Shown one piece after another: positions 41,868 through 51,646 of a stretch of 64,000 nt of DNA. Numbering within the stretch: the stretch's first letter is position 1; the number at the start of each line of letters is the position of its first letter. The stretch spans positions 38,684-102,683 of the forward strand of contig CAVYSE010000005.1 in assembly GCA_963771075.1 (NCBI GenBank), written 5' to 3'. The notes under the pieces are model-generated. The model had not been told where the DNA came from, searched no databases, and saw nothing but the letters and a program-made list of their open reading frames with translations. The translations under genes were made by a program, and so were the position numbers. This stretch comes from a candidate division FCPU426 bacterium (lineage in GTDB: Bacteria > Oederibacteriota > Muellerivitia > Muellerivitales > Muellerivitaceae).

Positions 41868-43253
41868 ATGAAGAACCGATGGCAATGGGCGGTGACGATT
41901 GGGGCTGTCCCACTCTATTACCTCCTTTCGCTTATTCCTCTTTATCATTACCCTAATTTTACTAATTCCCATGTAGGCAATCCGCCTATTGGATTGTTCG
42001 CACTTGGCCCAACACCGATCTATAGTGGTTTTGTATTTGTAGAAATCATTTCCATCCTGGTCAATCCTTTAAAGCGATGGAGAACACAAGGGATGGCAGG
42101 CAGGGAAAAAATACATCGAGTTCAGCTTATTTTTATGTTTCTTGCAGCCATGTTTCAGGGATGGGGCACGGGTGAACTTATTAAAACTTTTGGCCCCGAT
42201 TACACGGTGGAAATATTTGGAACGACCGGACTAGCCGCTCAAATTATTCTGTGTTCCTGTTTGGTTAACGGCGTCTTGATCTTCTACTTGATCGCTACAA
42301 ATGTGTCCCTGTATGGTTTGTTCAATGGTTTTATTCTTTTCCTTTTCGTACGGCCCCTGGTGTCGAAAACTCTGGGTCTCATCGATGGAATCCAAACGGA
42401 CTTACGCTTGCCCGTTGACCTTCACTTTTCTAATTTTGATGAAAAAATGAATTTTATATATTTCTTTTTCGTCCTTGTAGGCGTGGGGTTTGTTCTGTAC
42501 CAAAAACGAAAGAAAATATTAGAACTTATTTATCATTATGTGCTTCGTAACCCATTGGTTGGCTATCAAACAAAAGAAAAATTGTATCAAGTGAAAACTT
42601 CGCCCGTTCCTCAAACGTTAACGGGTGGTTTGGGTGTTTTGGTGCTGATTCTACAAATGGTTTTGTACCAACATGGCGCTTTTTCGGATAACGGGACTTT
42701 GCGAAATGTGCTATGGGTCGGGGCGGATATGATTGATCTGGGTGTGACATCTTTTTTACTTTGGCTTTTATTTACCAACACCTACTGGGTCGATCATCAT
42801 CTGGAAGGACGGGCGTCTTGGCTTCCTGAACGGGACAAATTGAAGCCTTATTTTATTTTTTGGCTTGTGATGTCCGCTTTCGCAGTATTAATAAATGAGT
42901 CACCATTGTTTTTCCATTTTTCATTAACTATTGAAAAATTGAGCCGTATTTTTCTTGAGCCTATTTTCATCCTGACGACGGTCATTTTAGGGATAGAAAT
43001 TTACGAAAAATGGCAATTCGAGCAAAGGTCGATTCAAAAAGTATGCCTGGCCGAAATGGATAATGTGGAATTGGTCCAGCTTTGGGTGGCCCAACTTGAA
43101 GAGGCGAATCTTTCCTTTCATGTGGAGGGCCTTCGTTATAGGCAACTTACGCAATTCTTTGCGCCTTATTTGAAAATGAGGCTGTTTGTGGATGAAAGTC
43201 AGGCCCAGGACGCGGTAAGCATCATTCGTTTAGAAGAAGTTAAGCAAATATAA
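41868..43253 (+). CDS. Polytopic membrane protein, SecY-like N-terminus and DUF2007-like C-terminus
   Basis: GLFALGPTPIYSGFVFVEI resembles SecY SIFALGIxPYI. About 10 TMs. C-terminal LEEANL...MRLFVDESQAQDA. Confidence 0.55.
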   Translation: MKNRWQWAVTIGAVPLYYLLSLIPLYHYPNFTNSHVGNPPIGLFALGPTPIYSGFVFVEIISILVNPLKRWRTQGMAGREKIHRVQLIFMFLAAMFQGWGTGELIKTFGPDYTVEIFGTTGLAAQIILCSCLVNGVLIFYLIATNVSLYGLFNGFILFLFVRPLVSKTLGLIDGIQTDLRLPVDLHFSNFDEKMNFIYFFFVLVGVGFVLYQKRKKILELIYHYVLRNPLVGYQTKEKLYQVKTSPVPQTLTGGLGVLVLILQMVLYQHGAFSDNGTLRNVLWVGADMIDLGVTSFLLWLLFTNTYWVDHHLEGRASWLPERDKLKPYFIFWLVMSAFAVLINESPLFFHFSLTIEKLSRIFLEPIFILTTVILGIEIYEKWQFEQRSIQKVCLAEMDNVELVQLWVAQLEEANLSFHVEGLRYRQLTQFFAPYLKMRLFVDESQAQDAVSIIRLEEVKQI

Positions 43254-43265
43254 TGTGGGAGTTCG

Positions 43266-43294
43266 CTGTCCACGATGGGGACCCGTCGTGGACA
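43266..43294 (+). repeat. Cassette-boundary palindrome, copy 8
   Basis: CTGTCCACGATGGGGACCCGTCGTGGACA. Confidence 0.9.
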
Positions 43295-43374
43295 AGCTTT
43301 AGTCACAAGGCCAAGATGAAAATTCAAAATGGGTGATTATTGAAAACTGAGAAGGTGGAAAGAAGCTTAACCCA

Positions 43375-43875
43375 ATGGAAAATTCTTACAATTTAGAAAA
43401 AACTATTTGGTCAGAAGCCGACTTTGAAAAAATGTGTTGGCATGATGTTCATGTCCATGGAATTTCGTTTGGGCCAATGTCGGAAGAAAACGGAACGGCC
43501 GATTTTTTATTTGATATTGATTACCTCTTTGAATGGATAAAACCCATTGCGCCTGAAATTTTCTATAGCTTTTGGATAGCCCCATGCACTCTCGTTTTTG
43601 AAAACGCGTATGACTTTAAAATGCAAATAGAAGACAAAATAGGTTTTGCTTTCGGTCCCTTTGTAATAGAAGATTTTTCAATGGCTGAGAACCTGGAACG
43701 GGATGGCGTTCATTACGGTTACCGTTGGAAAATCAAACTTAGAACCGGGTGGATAGAATTGAAATCCTACGGATTAAAACAATACGTTCGCCAAAAACCG
43801 AGAGTGGGTGGCCAATGGTTGTTATTTGAAGAACGGGCCGGTGTGAATTATCAAAAAAAATATTCCGGGTCGTAA
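43375..43875 (+). CDS. Conserved-looking hypothetical cassette protein
   Basis: DFEKMCWHD...FDIDYLFEW...FWIAPCTLVFEN. Stop lies 3 nt before a repeat. Confidence 0.7.
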   Translation: MENSYNLEKTIWSEADFEKMCWHDVHVHGISFGPMSEENGTADFLFDIDYLFEWIKPIAPEIFYSFWIAPCTLVFENAYDFKMQIEDKIGFAFGPFVIEDFSMAENLERDGVHYGYRWKIKLRTGWIELKSYGLKQYVRQKPRVGGQWLLFEERAGVNYQKKYSGS

Positions 43876-43878
43876 GGG

Positions 43879-43907
43879 TTGTCCACGATGGGGACCCATC
43901 GTGGACA
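43879..43907 (+). repeat. Cassette-boundary palindrome, copy 9 (intron target)
   Basis: TTGTCCACGATGGGGACCCATCGTGGACA. Confidence 0.9.
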
Positions 43908-45886
43908 TCGTGCCAGCGAAGGTTTGTAGAGCCAGCAGGTGAGGGAGTAGGCCGAAGAGGGCCAGCCCAAATCCTGACCAGGTAATCGCCAGAGAGCCTG
44001 GAAGTCAGCCCCCGGCGTAGGACCGAGAGGTTCTGCCCGAAACGGGGTCATAAACCTCATTCAGTGAGGGAACAATCTAGCAGTCCGCAACATCAAGTGA
44101 ATCCTGCCGCGTCGTGAATGGGACACCGAAAGGTGCAAGAGGATGCCGAGCCGCGTGTCTACCGGCGAAGGCCACGATCCCGCTGAAGAATCTGGAGCAA
44201 GCGGGGCAAGTCCTCCGGCGTATGGGGAACGGAATGCTGGAAAGGCTTTGCAAGCAACCTGGGAGATCCTACCCGCCAAAAGACTTGCCGCTATAAGGCT
44301 AAAACCGAAAAGGGGCAAGGGCGGGAGGAAGTCGGAGGGGGTCACAATACCTGTGAAGGGTGGACAACAAAACCACCTGGAGGGAAGGACCCCTGCTTCA
44401 ACCAAGCAACCTTCAAAAGGGAGGCGCTGGAGCATGCCCCAAAGGGCCAACAACTCCGAAGACAAGGCGCGAACCCTTCAAAGGGCGCTATACCGAGCGG
44501 CCAAGAGGAGCCCAAGCCGGAGATTTCATGTACTGCATGACAGGATGACCCGATGGGATGTCCTGACAGCGGCATGGAAACAGGTGAAGGCTAATAAAGG
44601 CCAAGGAGGAGTGGACGGGGAAACGCTGGAATGGATCGAAGAGAAGGTGGGAATTATTCCATTCCTGAAGGGCATCCAGGAAGAACTCAAAGCTGGGAAG
44701 TATCTGCCTAAACCTGTGAGACGAGTGGAAATACCCAAGCCTGATGGAAGCAAGAGACCGTTGGGAATCCCGGTAATTCGGGATCGGGTAGTTCAAGCGG
44801 CTTGCCGGAAGGTGGTGGAACCCATCTTTGAGGCGGACTTTCTGGAAGGCTCGTTTGGATTTCGGCCAAAACGCGGAGCCCAGCAGGCCCACCGGGAGAT
44901 CAAGAAGTGGATCAATGGCGGGTACAGATGGGTGGTGGATGGAGATATTCGGAAGTATTTCGATTCCATCGACCACGACAAACTGATGGTGCTGGTGCGC
45001 CAGAGGATCAGTGACCGGAAGGTTTTGAAACTGATCCGAGGGTGGCTGAAGGCGGGTGTGTTTGAGGAAGGAAGGCTTACGCCGACTCTCCGAGGGACAC
45101 CGCAAGGCGGGGTGATCTCACCGCTGTTATCCAATGTTTACCTTCACTTGCTGGACAAGGTTTGGAATAAGAGGCACAGGAAACTGGGTAGGCTGGTGCG
45201 CTACGCCGACGATTTTGTGGTGTTGTGCGGAAGCCAAGCCCATGCGGAAAAGAGCCTGGAAGTCATCAAGGAATTGATGGGACGACTAGGGCTTGAACTG
45301 CACCCCGAAAAGACACGGCTGGTGGAAATGGGGCCTGGGAAGGAAGGGTTTGACTTCCTTGGGTTCCACTTTCGAGTAGGTATGCCGGTGGTAGGATTGG
45401 GTAAGACCTGTTGCCTGAGCTGGCCGAGCCGGAAGGCCATGAAGAAAATCGCCGAGAAAGTGAAGCAGATGACGGCGGGCCGAGAGCGGCTCTTATCTCC
45501 AATGGAGGATGTAGCGAAGGCTTTGAACCCGGTGTTAAGGGGGTGGGCCAACTATTTCCGAATTGGGGACAGCCAGCCATACTTTTCCAAGCTTCAATTT
45601 TACGTACTCGAAAGGCTGACTTTGTTTCGGAGGCATAAGTACGCCTGGGAAGGACGAACATGGTCGATCGAGGAAGTGAAACGCCTTGGTTTGAACTGGA
45701 TTCCAGCTTTTGCCTTGAATGCTGCCGGTTGAAAGGTTGTCGGAAAGCCGTATGATCGAAAAGGTCACGTACGGTTTGATGAGGGGGCGCTGGAAACGTG
45801 GTGATGAGAGCCGGACTGAGGCCCAATCCGAAAGGGTTGGATTCGCCACCGTACTCTAAGGCATACGCGCCAGCGCTCTACTCTGC
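43908..45886 (+). mobile_element. Group II intron, copy 2
   Basis: Same sequence as copy 1 (offset 4569) with different flanks. Confidence 0.93.
44434..45732 (+). CDS. ltrA: Group II intron RT/maturase
   Basis: Protein identical to copy 1. Confidence 0.95.
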   Translation: MPQRANNSEDKARTLQRALYRAAKRSPSRRFHVLHDRMTRWDVLTAAWKQVKANKGQGGVDGETLEWIEEKVGIIPFLKGIQEELKAGKYLPKPVRRVEIPKPDGSKRPLGIPVIRDRVVQAACRKVVEPIFEADFLEGSFGFRPKRGAQQAHREIKKWINGGYRWVVDGDIRKYFDSIDHDKLMVLVRQRISDRKVLKLIRGWLKAGVFEEGRLTPTLRGTPQGGVISPLLSNVYLHLLDKVWNKRHRKLGRLVRYADDFVVLCGSQAHAEKSLEVIKELMGRLGLELHPEKTRLVEMGPGKEGFDFLGFHFRVGMPVVGLGKTCCLSWPSRKAMKKIAEKVKQMTAGRERLLSPMEDVAKALNPVLRGWANYFRIGDSQPYFSKLQFYVLERLTLFRRHKYAWEGRTWSIEEVKRLGLNWIPAFALNAAG

Positions 45887-45927
45887 ATGAAAAGTACCAA
45901 TGGAGCGTCTGATAGGGTGAGGTATTA

Positions 45928-46905
45928 ATGGGATTTTTTGAAGAATTCAAAAAACTGCTGTGGCTCTACAACCCCCTTAAAAAATCTGGAAGGCCTGGGG
46001 AGATTAAGAGCCGAGGCATCAACGGAGCTGTTTTTTGCCCCATTTACAACCATTGGATTTCCAACCTTGAGTGTTTAGAAACGAGCGGGGAGCGCGGCTC
46101 CTACGACGAAATTGACAAACCCGATTTAAATCATTTGGAAACCGGCTACAACGATATTCATAACGCGACTAAACGTAGCGGGCATAAATTCCCCCAAGAC
46201 ATTAAAAAAGTGGTCATTACCTGTGAGTATTGTGAAGCCTACTGCCTCGGCCAGGAAAATGGACCTCTAGTAGTCCCTCCCATTGACAGTATCGATCGAA
46301 AGAAATTGTTGTTCGATTTATATGACGAAAGTAAAAGATATTCAAAAGACACCATTGACCCAACGGAATTGGAGAAGATTAAAAAGGCAGCCATGGAACT
46401 GAGCGAAAAAGCCGGAAAATACTTGGCCGAACATCTGAACCTTGAAAAAGAAATACGCGAAATAACAGTCGAATTCGAAGCGCAAGAAACTGGAAAAACG
46501 GGTTTTTGGATCATTCTTTTTGGCCTCGTTTTTGCTGTCGCCGGATTCGGGAATCTTTGGAATGTCAACTGGTTCGCTCATAAAGCCTTTCAGGGGAAAG
46601 GGGCTGTTTTGTCGGTAGAGAAAAAAGAAGCGACCGACAGTGGCAAATGGATTGCCCGGGTCCGATATACCCCTCGGAATTACCCAGAAGTCGTCGCTGA
46701 GCTTGAAGTTGAAAAACCTTATGAAACAAATCAATTGGTAGAATTTCTTTATGACCCACAAAACCCCAATAAGCTACGGCCCGCCAGCTGGTCAAAAAAA
46801 AGTCCGCTGACCAATTTCTTTTTGGCGATAATTGGCATTGTTGTCATCGGGTTCGGCTGGAGCAAATTAAAAGTTGCCAGGCCTTTTTATCCGAAAAGGG
46901 GTTAA
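45928..46905 (+). CDS. Membrane protein with DUF3592-like C-terminal region
   Basis: TM, beta region and VEFLYDPQNP, then TM. Cys-containing N-terminus. Confidence 0.6.
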   Translation: MGFFEEFKKLLWLYNPLKKSGRPGEIKSRGINGAVFCPIYNHWISNLECLETSGERGSYDEIDKPDLNHLETGYNDIHNATKRSGHKFPQDIKKVVITCEYCEAYCLGQENGPLVVPPIDSIDRKKLLFDLYDESKRYSKDTIDPTELEKIKKAAMELSEKAGKYLAEHLNLEKEIREITVEFEAQETGKTGFWIILFGLVFAVAGFGNLWNVNWFAHKAFQGKGAVLSVEKKEATDSGKWIARVRYTPRNYPEVVAELEVEKPYETNQLVEFLYDPQNPNKLRPASWSKKSPLTNFFLAIIGIVVIGFGWSKLKVARPFYPKRG

Positions 46906-46929
46906 AAGGTTGCTATGAGGCCATTCCTC

Positions 46930-47119
46930 AAGTTCAATTAAGCCCACCCGTCAGCCTTTTGGTTTCGCGGATTCACGCTGCTATTCGTGCTCGAGGCACA
47001 AGTTAAAAATTCGATAATCCAGTAGGGAAGCCACCAGCTGTCCATCGTGCCTTACGGCACCACCAAATTCCGTGGTCATTCCAAAGGGATCGAATCACAA
47101 AACCGAGGCTGAAACCTCT
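46930..47119 (-). ncRNA. Putative bridge/seek RNA region of the IS1111 element
   Basis: About 190 nt of non-coding sequence 3' of the transposase, as expected for IS1111. Contains AGCTGTCCA (47036-47044, + strand), which matches the repeat junction. Confidence 0.55.
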
Positions 47120-48196
47120 TTAGCGCATGGGCCGATACACTTCCTTCCGAACCAACATCGTCCAAAGGTGAATCAAAAGCTTGTGCGCCATTGCCACAAT
47201 CGCCTTGTTGACGTGTCCCGTATTACGGACCAGTCGACGAAAAACACGGTAGGCCTGGGTATCCTTTTGGATCCATGACCAGGCCGCTTCAACCAAGGTC
47301 GCTCTCAAAGTGCCTTTTCCGGCCTTCTGTAAATGGCCTTCCTTCCGGGTTTCACCGCTTTGCCTGATCCTAGGGGCCAACCCCACGTAAGCCGCCACTT
47401 GTTTGGCGTTTTCAAAGCGTTCCGGCTGGTAAATCTCCGTTAATACTTGCAGGGTCGTCACTTCGCCCACTCCTGGGTGGGTTCTCAGGATCTTGGCCTT
47501 TTTCTCGTAGGCCTTCTCCTTCATCATGACCCTCAAACGTATGTTCACGTCCTTGAGCTGCCTATCAAAGTAAAAAAGATCTTCCAATAGGCGATCCAAG
47601 GTGAACCTCAGGGCAGGTGGCAGTTCCATTTCCCGTAATATCCCAATGGCTTCGTGGGTCCAGTAATCCAACCCTCTGGGAGTTTTGAGCCCATATTGAA
47701 GGAAGAAGCTCTTGATCCTTTGTTTGGCCTTGCGTTTCTGCTCGACCATCGCGTTCCTCAAACGAACCACCTGCCGGTCAGCTTCTTCCTGGAGGGTTGG
47801 GATCGCCACCGCCTTCAGCAATTCTTTCTCCGCATACTCCGCCAGTTTGCTACAGTCCAAACGGTCGGATTTTGTTTCAAACTGCGACACGCGAGGAGTC
47901 TTGTGCGGGGCGATGACATCCAATGGGTATCCCTCCTCCCGAAGGCGGCGGGCCAGGCCAAAACCGGTAGGGCCTGCCTCGTAGACGACCTTTTTCAACC
48001 CCACCCGATAAGGCGCCAGGACCTTCACCACCGCCTCCCAGTCCGCTGTCAGGGACTTTGTTCCGACTTCCTTTCCGTTAATCCTGATTGCCATATAAAT
48101 ACTTCGTTTGTGGACATCCAATCCCACAAACACAGCGTCCCGCTTGGATACCTCCTTGCCTCGGTATCCTTTTTTGCTAATCTGTTTCATGGCCAT
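47120..48196 (-). CDS. IS110-family DEDD recombinase/transposase
   Basis: FVGLDVHK, YEAGPTG, KSDRLD, PGVG, YVGLAPRIRQSG, AIVAMAHKL. Confidence 0.95.
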   Translation of the reverse strand: MAMKQISKKGYRGKEVSKRDAVFVGLDVHKRSIYMAIRINGKEVGTKSLTADWEAVVKVLAPYRVGLKKVVYEAGPTGFGLARRLREEGYPLDVIAPHKTPRVSQFETKSDRLDCSKLAEYAEKELLKAVAIPTLQEEADRQVVRLRNAMVEQKRKAKQRIKSFFLQYGLKTPRGLDYWTHEAIGILREMELPPALRFTLDRLLEDLFYFDRQLKDVNIRLRVMMKEKAYEKKAKILRTHPGVGEVTTLQVLTEIYQPERFENAKQVAAYVGLAPRIRQSGETRKEGHLQKAGKGTLRATLVEAAWSWIQKDTQAYRVFRRLVRNTGHVNKAIVAMAHKLLIHLWTMLVRKEVYRPMR

Positions 48197-48266
48197 TCCT
48201 CCTTGTGAGTTGCCTGCTCACCGGGACTAGTTTAATCCCGGCGGAGGAATGGCCTTCATGTTACCT

Positions 48267-48293
48267 GTCCACGACGGGGACCCGTCGTGGACA
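48267..48293 (+). repeat. Cassette-boundary palindrome, copy 10 (IS1111 target)
   Basis: GTCCACGACGGGGACCCGTCGTGGACA. The missing TT lies at 46910-46911. Confidence 0.9.
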
Positions 48294-48376
48294 CCTAATT
48301 CTGACGTGGCTTTGGATAAACCTCTTTGCTTTAGTCATGGGTGATAAGGACTGAATTTTAGGACGAAAGGAAAACC

Positions 48377-48961
48377 ATGAAAACCGTTCTTGTTATTTTA
48401 GCATTGATCGTTTTGGTTTTTTTCTTTTGGAAGTTCAAATCCCGGCGTCTTTTTGACCCGGAAGCCCTCATGCCGGGTTACGCACAGAAGGCCATCTCGA
48501 CCGCCAAGGAAAAGTATGGCCTCACTTTGGATCTGGACGAAAAAAACTTGAAAGTTCTTGAGATGAAAATTATGAGGCCGCTAAGTGAAGAGTTTAAGAA
48601 AAAAGCCTTATCGGACGAAGAACTTGCGAACAATTGCATTCTTTGGGGGGCTTATCTGGGGGAAATGTTAAAGAAGGCTTCGCCCTACTGGTCTCAGGCC
48701 CATTGGAGATTAAATGATTCAGAAAAAGGCCAACAAACAATTAATCCAAACCAGATTGGTTTGGCGGGAAAGGATTTTGTGGTTTATCCCGGTGCTTGGG
48801 TTCAAAAACATATCGAAGACCCTATAAACGATAATTTCGTGGGAAAGTATGAATTAGCTTATCAACTGCCAAACACGGATCAGAATAAAAAGGGCACTCA
48901 GGGTCAGCTGATAGATAAAGATGGGAACCCTATCAAAATGCGATATATGCCTGAAAAGTAA
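48377..48961 (+). CDS. Hypothetical membrane-anchored protein (GAYLGE motif, immunity-like)
   Basis: N-terminal TM and WGAYLGEML motif. Confidence 0.6.
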   Translation: MKTVLVILALIVLVFFFWKFKSRRLFDPEALMPGYAQKAISTAKEKYGLTLDLDEKNLKVLEMKIMRPLSEEFKKKALSDEELANNCILWGAYLGEMLKKASPYWSQAHWRLNDSEKGQQTINPNQIGLAGKDFVVYPGAWVQKHIEDPINDNFVGKYELAYQLPNTDQNKKGTQGQLIDKDGNPIKMRYMPEK

Positions 48962-48978
48962 TAGATTGTTTGGTGAAG

Positions 48979-49007
48979 TTGTCCACGACGGGGACCCATC
49001 GTGGACG
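48979..49007 (+). repeat. Cassette-boundary palindrome, copy 11 (intron target)
   Basis: TTGTCCACGACGGGGACCCATCGTGGACG. Confidence 0.9.
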
Positions 49008-50986
49008 TCGTGCCAGCGAAGGTTTGTAGAGCCAGCAGGTGAGGGAGTAGGCCGAAGAGGGCCAGCCCAAATCCTGACCAGGTAATCGCCAGAGAGCCTG
49101 GAAGTCAGCCCCCGGCGTAGGACCGAGAGGTTCTGCCCGAAACGGGGTCATAAACCTCATTCAGTGAGGGAACAATCTAGCAGTCCGCAACATCAAGTGA
49201 ATCCTGCCGCGTCGTGAATGGGACACCGAAAGGTGCAAGAGGATGCCGAGCCGCGTGTCTACCGGCGAAGGCCACGATCCCGCTGAAGAATCTGGAGCAA
49301 GCGGGGCAAGTCCTCCGGCGTATGGGGAACGGAATGCTGGAAAGGCTTTGCAAGCAACCTGGGAGATCCTACCCGCCAAAAGACTTGCCGCTATAAGGCT
49401 AAAACCGAAAAGGGGCAAGGGCGGGAGGAAGTCGGAGGGGGTCACAATACCTGTGAAGGGTGGACAACAAAACCACCTGGAGGGAAGGACCCCTGCTTCA
49501 ACCAAGCAACCTTCAAAAGGGAGGCGCTGGAGCATGCCCCAAAGGGCCAACAACTCCGAAGACAAGGCGCGAACCCTTCAAAGGGCGCTATACCGAGCGG
49601 CCAAGAGGAGCCCAAGCCGGAGATTTCATGTACTGCATGACAGGATGACCCGATGGGATGTCCTGACAGCGGCATGGAAACAGGTGAAGGCTAATAAAGG
49701 CCAAGGAGGAGTGGACGGGGAAACGCTGGAATGGATCGAAGAGAAGGTGGGAATTATTCCATTCCTGAAGGGCATCCAGGAAGAACTCAAAGCTGGGAAG
49801 TATCTGCCTAAACCTGTGAGACGAGTGGAAATACCCAAGCCTGATGGAAGCAAGAGACCGTTGGGAATCCCGGTAATTCGGGATCGGGTAGTTCAAGCGG
49901 CTTGCCGGAAGGTGGTGGAACCCATCTTTGAGGCGGACTTTCTGGAAGGCTCGTTTGGATTTCGGCCAAAACGCGGAGCCCAGCAGGCCCACCGGGAGAT
50001 CAAGAAGTGGATCAATGGCGGGTACAGATGGGTGGTGGATGGAGATATTCGGAAGTATTTCGATTCCATCGACCACGACAAACTGATGGTGCTGGTGCGC
50101 CAGAGGATCAGTGACCGGAAGGTTTTGAAACTGATCCGAGGGTGGCTGAAGGCGGGTGTGTTTGAGGAAGGAAGGCTTACGCCGACTCTCCGAGGGACAC
50201 CGCAAGGCGGGGTGATCTCACCGCTGTTATCCAATGTTTACCTTCACTTGCTGGACAAGGTTTGGAATAAGAGGCACAGGAAACTGGGTAGGCTGGTGCG
50301 CTACGCCGACGATTTTGTGGTGTTGTGCGGAAGCCAAGCCCATGCGGAAAAGAGCCTGGAAGTCATCAAGGAATTGATGGGACGACTAGGGCTTGAACTG
50401 CACCCCGAAAAGACACGGCTGGTGGAAATGGGGCCTGGGAAGGAAGGGTTTGACTTCCTTGGGTTCCACTTTCGAGTAGGTATGCCGGTGGTAGGATTGG
50501 GTAAGACCTGTTGCCTGAGCTGGCCGAGCCGGAAGGCCATGAAGAAAATCGCCGAGAAAGTGAAGCAGATGACGGCGGGCCGAGAGCGGCTCTTATCTCC
50601 AATGGAGGATGTAGCGAAGGCTTTGAACCCGGTGTTAAGGGGGTGGGCCAACTATTTCCGAATTGGGGACAGCCAGCCATACTTTTCCAAGCTTCAATTT
50701 TACGTACTCGAAAGGCTGACTTTGTTTCGGAGGCATAAGTACGCCTGGGAAGGACGAACATGGTCGATCGAGGAAGTGAAACGCCTTGGTTTGAACTGGA
50801 TTCCAGCTTTTGCCTTGAATGCTGCCGGTTGAAAGGTTGTCGGAAAGCCGTATGATCGAAAAGGTCACGTACGGTTTGATGAGGGGGCGCTGGAAACGTG
50901 GTGATGAGAGCCGGACTGAGGCCCAATCCGAAAGGGTTGGATTCGCCACCGTACTCTAAGGCATACGCGCCAGCGCTCTACTCTGC
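49008..50986 (+). mobile_element. Group II intron, copy 3
   Basis: Same sequence as copy 1 (offset 9669) with different flanks. Confidence 0.93.
49534..50832 (+). CDS. ltrA: Group II intron RT/maturase
   Basis: Protein identical to copy 1. Confidence 0.95.
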   Translation: MPQRANNSEDKARTLQRALYRAAKRSPSRRFHVLHDRMTRWDVLTAAWKQVKANKGQGGVDGETLEWIEEKVGIIPFLKGIQEELKAGKYLPKPVRRVEIPKPDGSKRPLGIPVIRDRVVQAACRKVVEPIFEADFLEGSFGFRPKRGAQQAHREIKKWINGGYRWVVDGDIRKYFDSIDHDKLMVLVRQRISDRKVLKLIRGWLKAGVFEEGRLTPTLRGTPQGGVISPLLSNVYLHLLDKVWNKRHRKLGRLVRYADDFVVLCGSQAHAEKSLEVIKELMGRLGLELHPEKTRLVEMGPGKEGFDFLGFHFRVGMPVVGLGKTCCLSWPSRKAMKKIAEKVKQMTAGRERLLSPMEDVAKALNPVLRGWANYFRIGDSQPYFSKLQFYVLERLTLFRRHKYAWEGRTWSIEEVKRLGLNWIPAFALNAAG

Positions 50987-51012
50987 ACCTTTTTTAGTGT
51001 TAAGGAGGTTTA

Positions 51013-51630
51013 ATGGTAGCCCAATTTCCCGATATTACCTTTGAAGGTCCGCTCATATCAGATCAAAATTTTCTAAACGCTCTCCCTGAGGATTTAAAAT
51101 CAATTCTCAAAATAAAAAATGGTTTTATCGCTTTTGCCGGTGGATTTCACATGAGAGGGATTTGCGAAGAACCTAGTTGGCATTCGTGAGAACTGTTTTG
51201 GACCGGTAAGCATTCCTTTTCGAAATTGTATTCTTCTATTCAAAAAGACGATGTACCTTTTGGACAAGATTGCTTGGGTGATCAGTTTATTTTAAGAAAG
51301 AACCAAGTATTACGTCTTAGGGGTGAATCGGGAGACATTGTAGATATGAAAATGGATTTATTAACTTTCTTGGATGAAGCTGAATCAAATCCTTTTGATT
51401 TATTAGAACTAGCTCCTTTGAAGCGAATTCAAAACGAAGGAAAAAAACTGGAGCCCGGCCAATTAATTAATGTGTTTCCTCCCTTTATTACCGCAGAGAG
51501 CCGTAAAGGCGTTTCATTGAAGCCAATACCAACCGTCGAAAGAATCTTGTTTCTTTCCGATCTTGCTAAACAAATTTCCAATATTTCTGACGGTACACAA
51601 GTTAAATTCAATATAAGCTCTAAGGGGTAG
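51013..51630 (+). pseudogene. SMI1/KNR4-like immunity protein with an in-frame TGA at 51187
   Basis: AGGAGG RBS, then LPEDL...NGFIAFAGGFH...WHS*...VPFGQDCLGDQF...PPF in one frame. Confidence 0.65.
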
Positions 51631-51646
51631 TTTGAGGGCTTAGCGA

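Larger units (their letters stand above)
46912..48266 (-). mobile_element. IS110-family element, IS1111 subgroup, inserted at the 5' edge of a repeat
   Basis: Subterminal IRs ATGAGGCCATTCCTC (46915-46929) and GAGGAATGGCCTTCAT (48244-48259), set 3 and 7 nt from the ends. No TSD. Excision restores AAAGGTT|GTCCACGACGGGGACCC. Confidence 0.88.

Noticed and set aside
39339-50986. Triplicated RT as an assembly artefact, DGR or retron
   Set aside because: Each copy has distinct flanks with the same precise insertion point. Domains V and VI and a maturase domain identify a group II intron. No TR/VR pair or msr-msd was seen.
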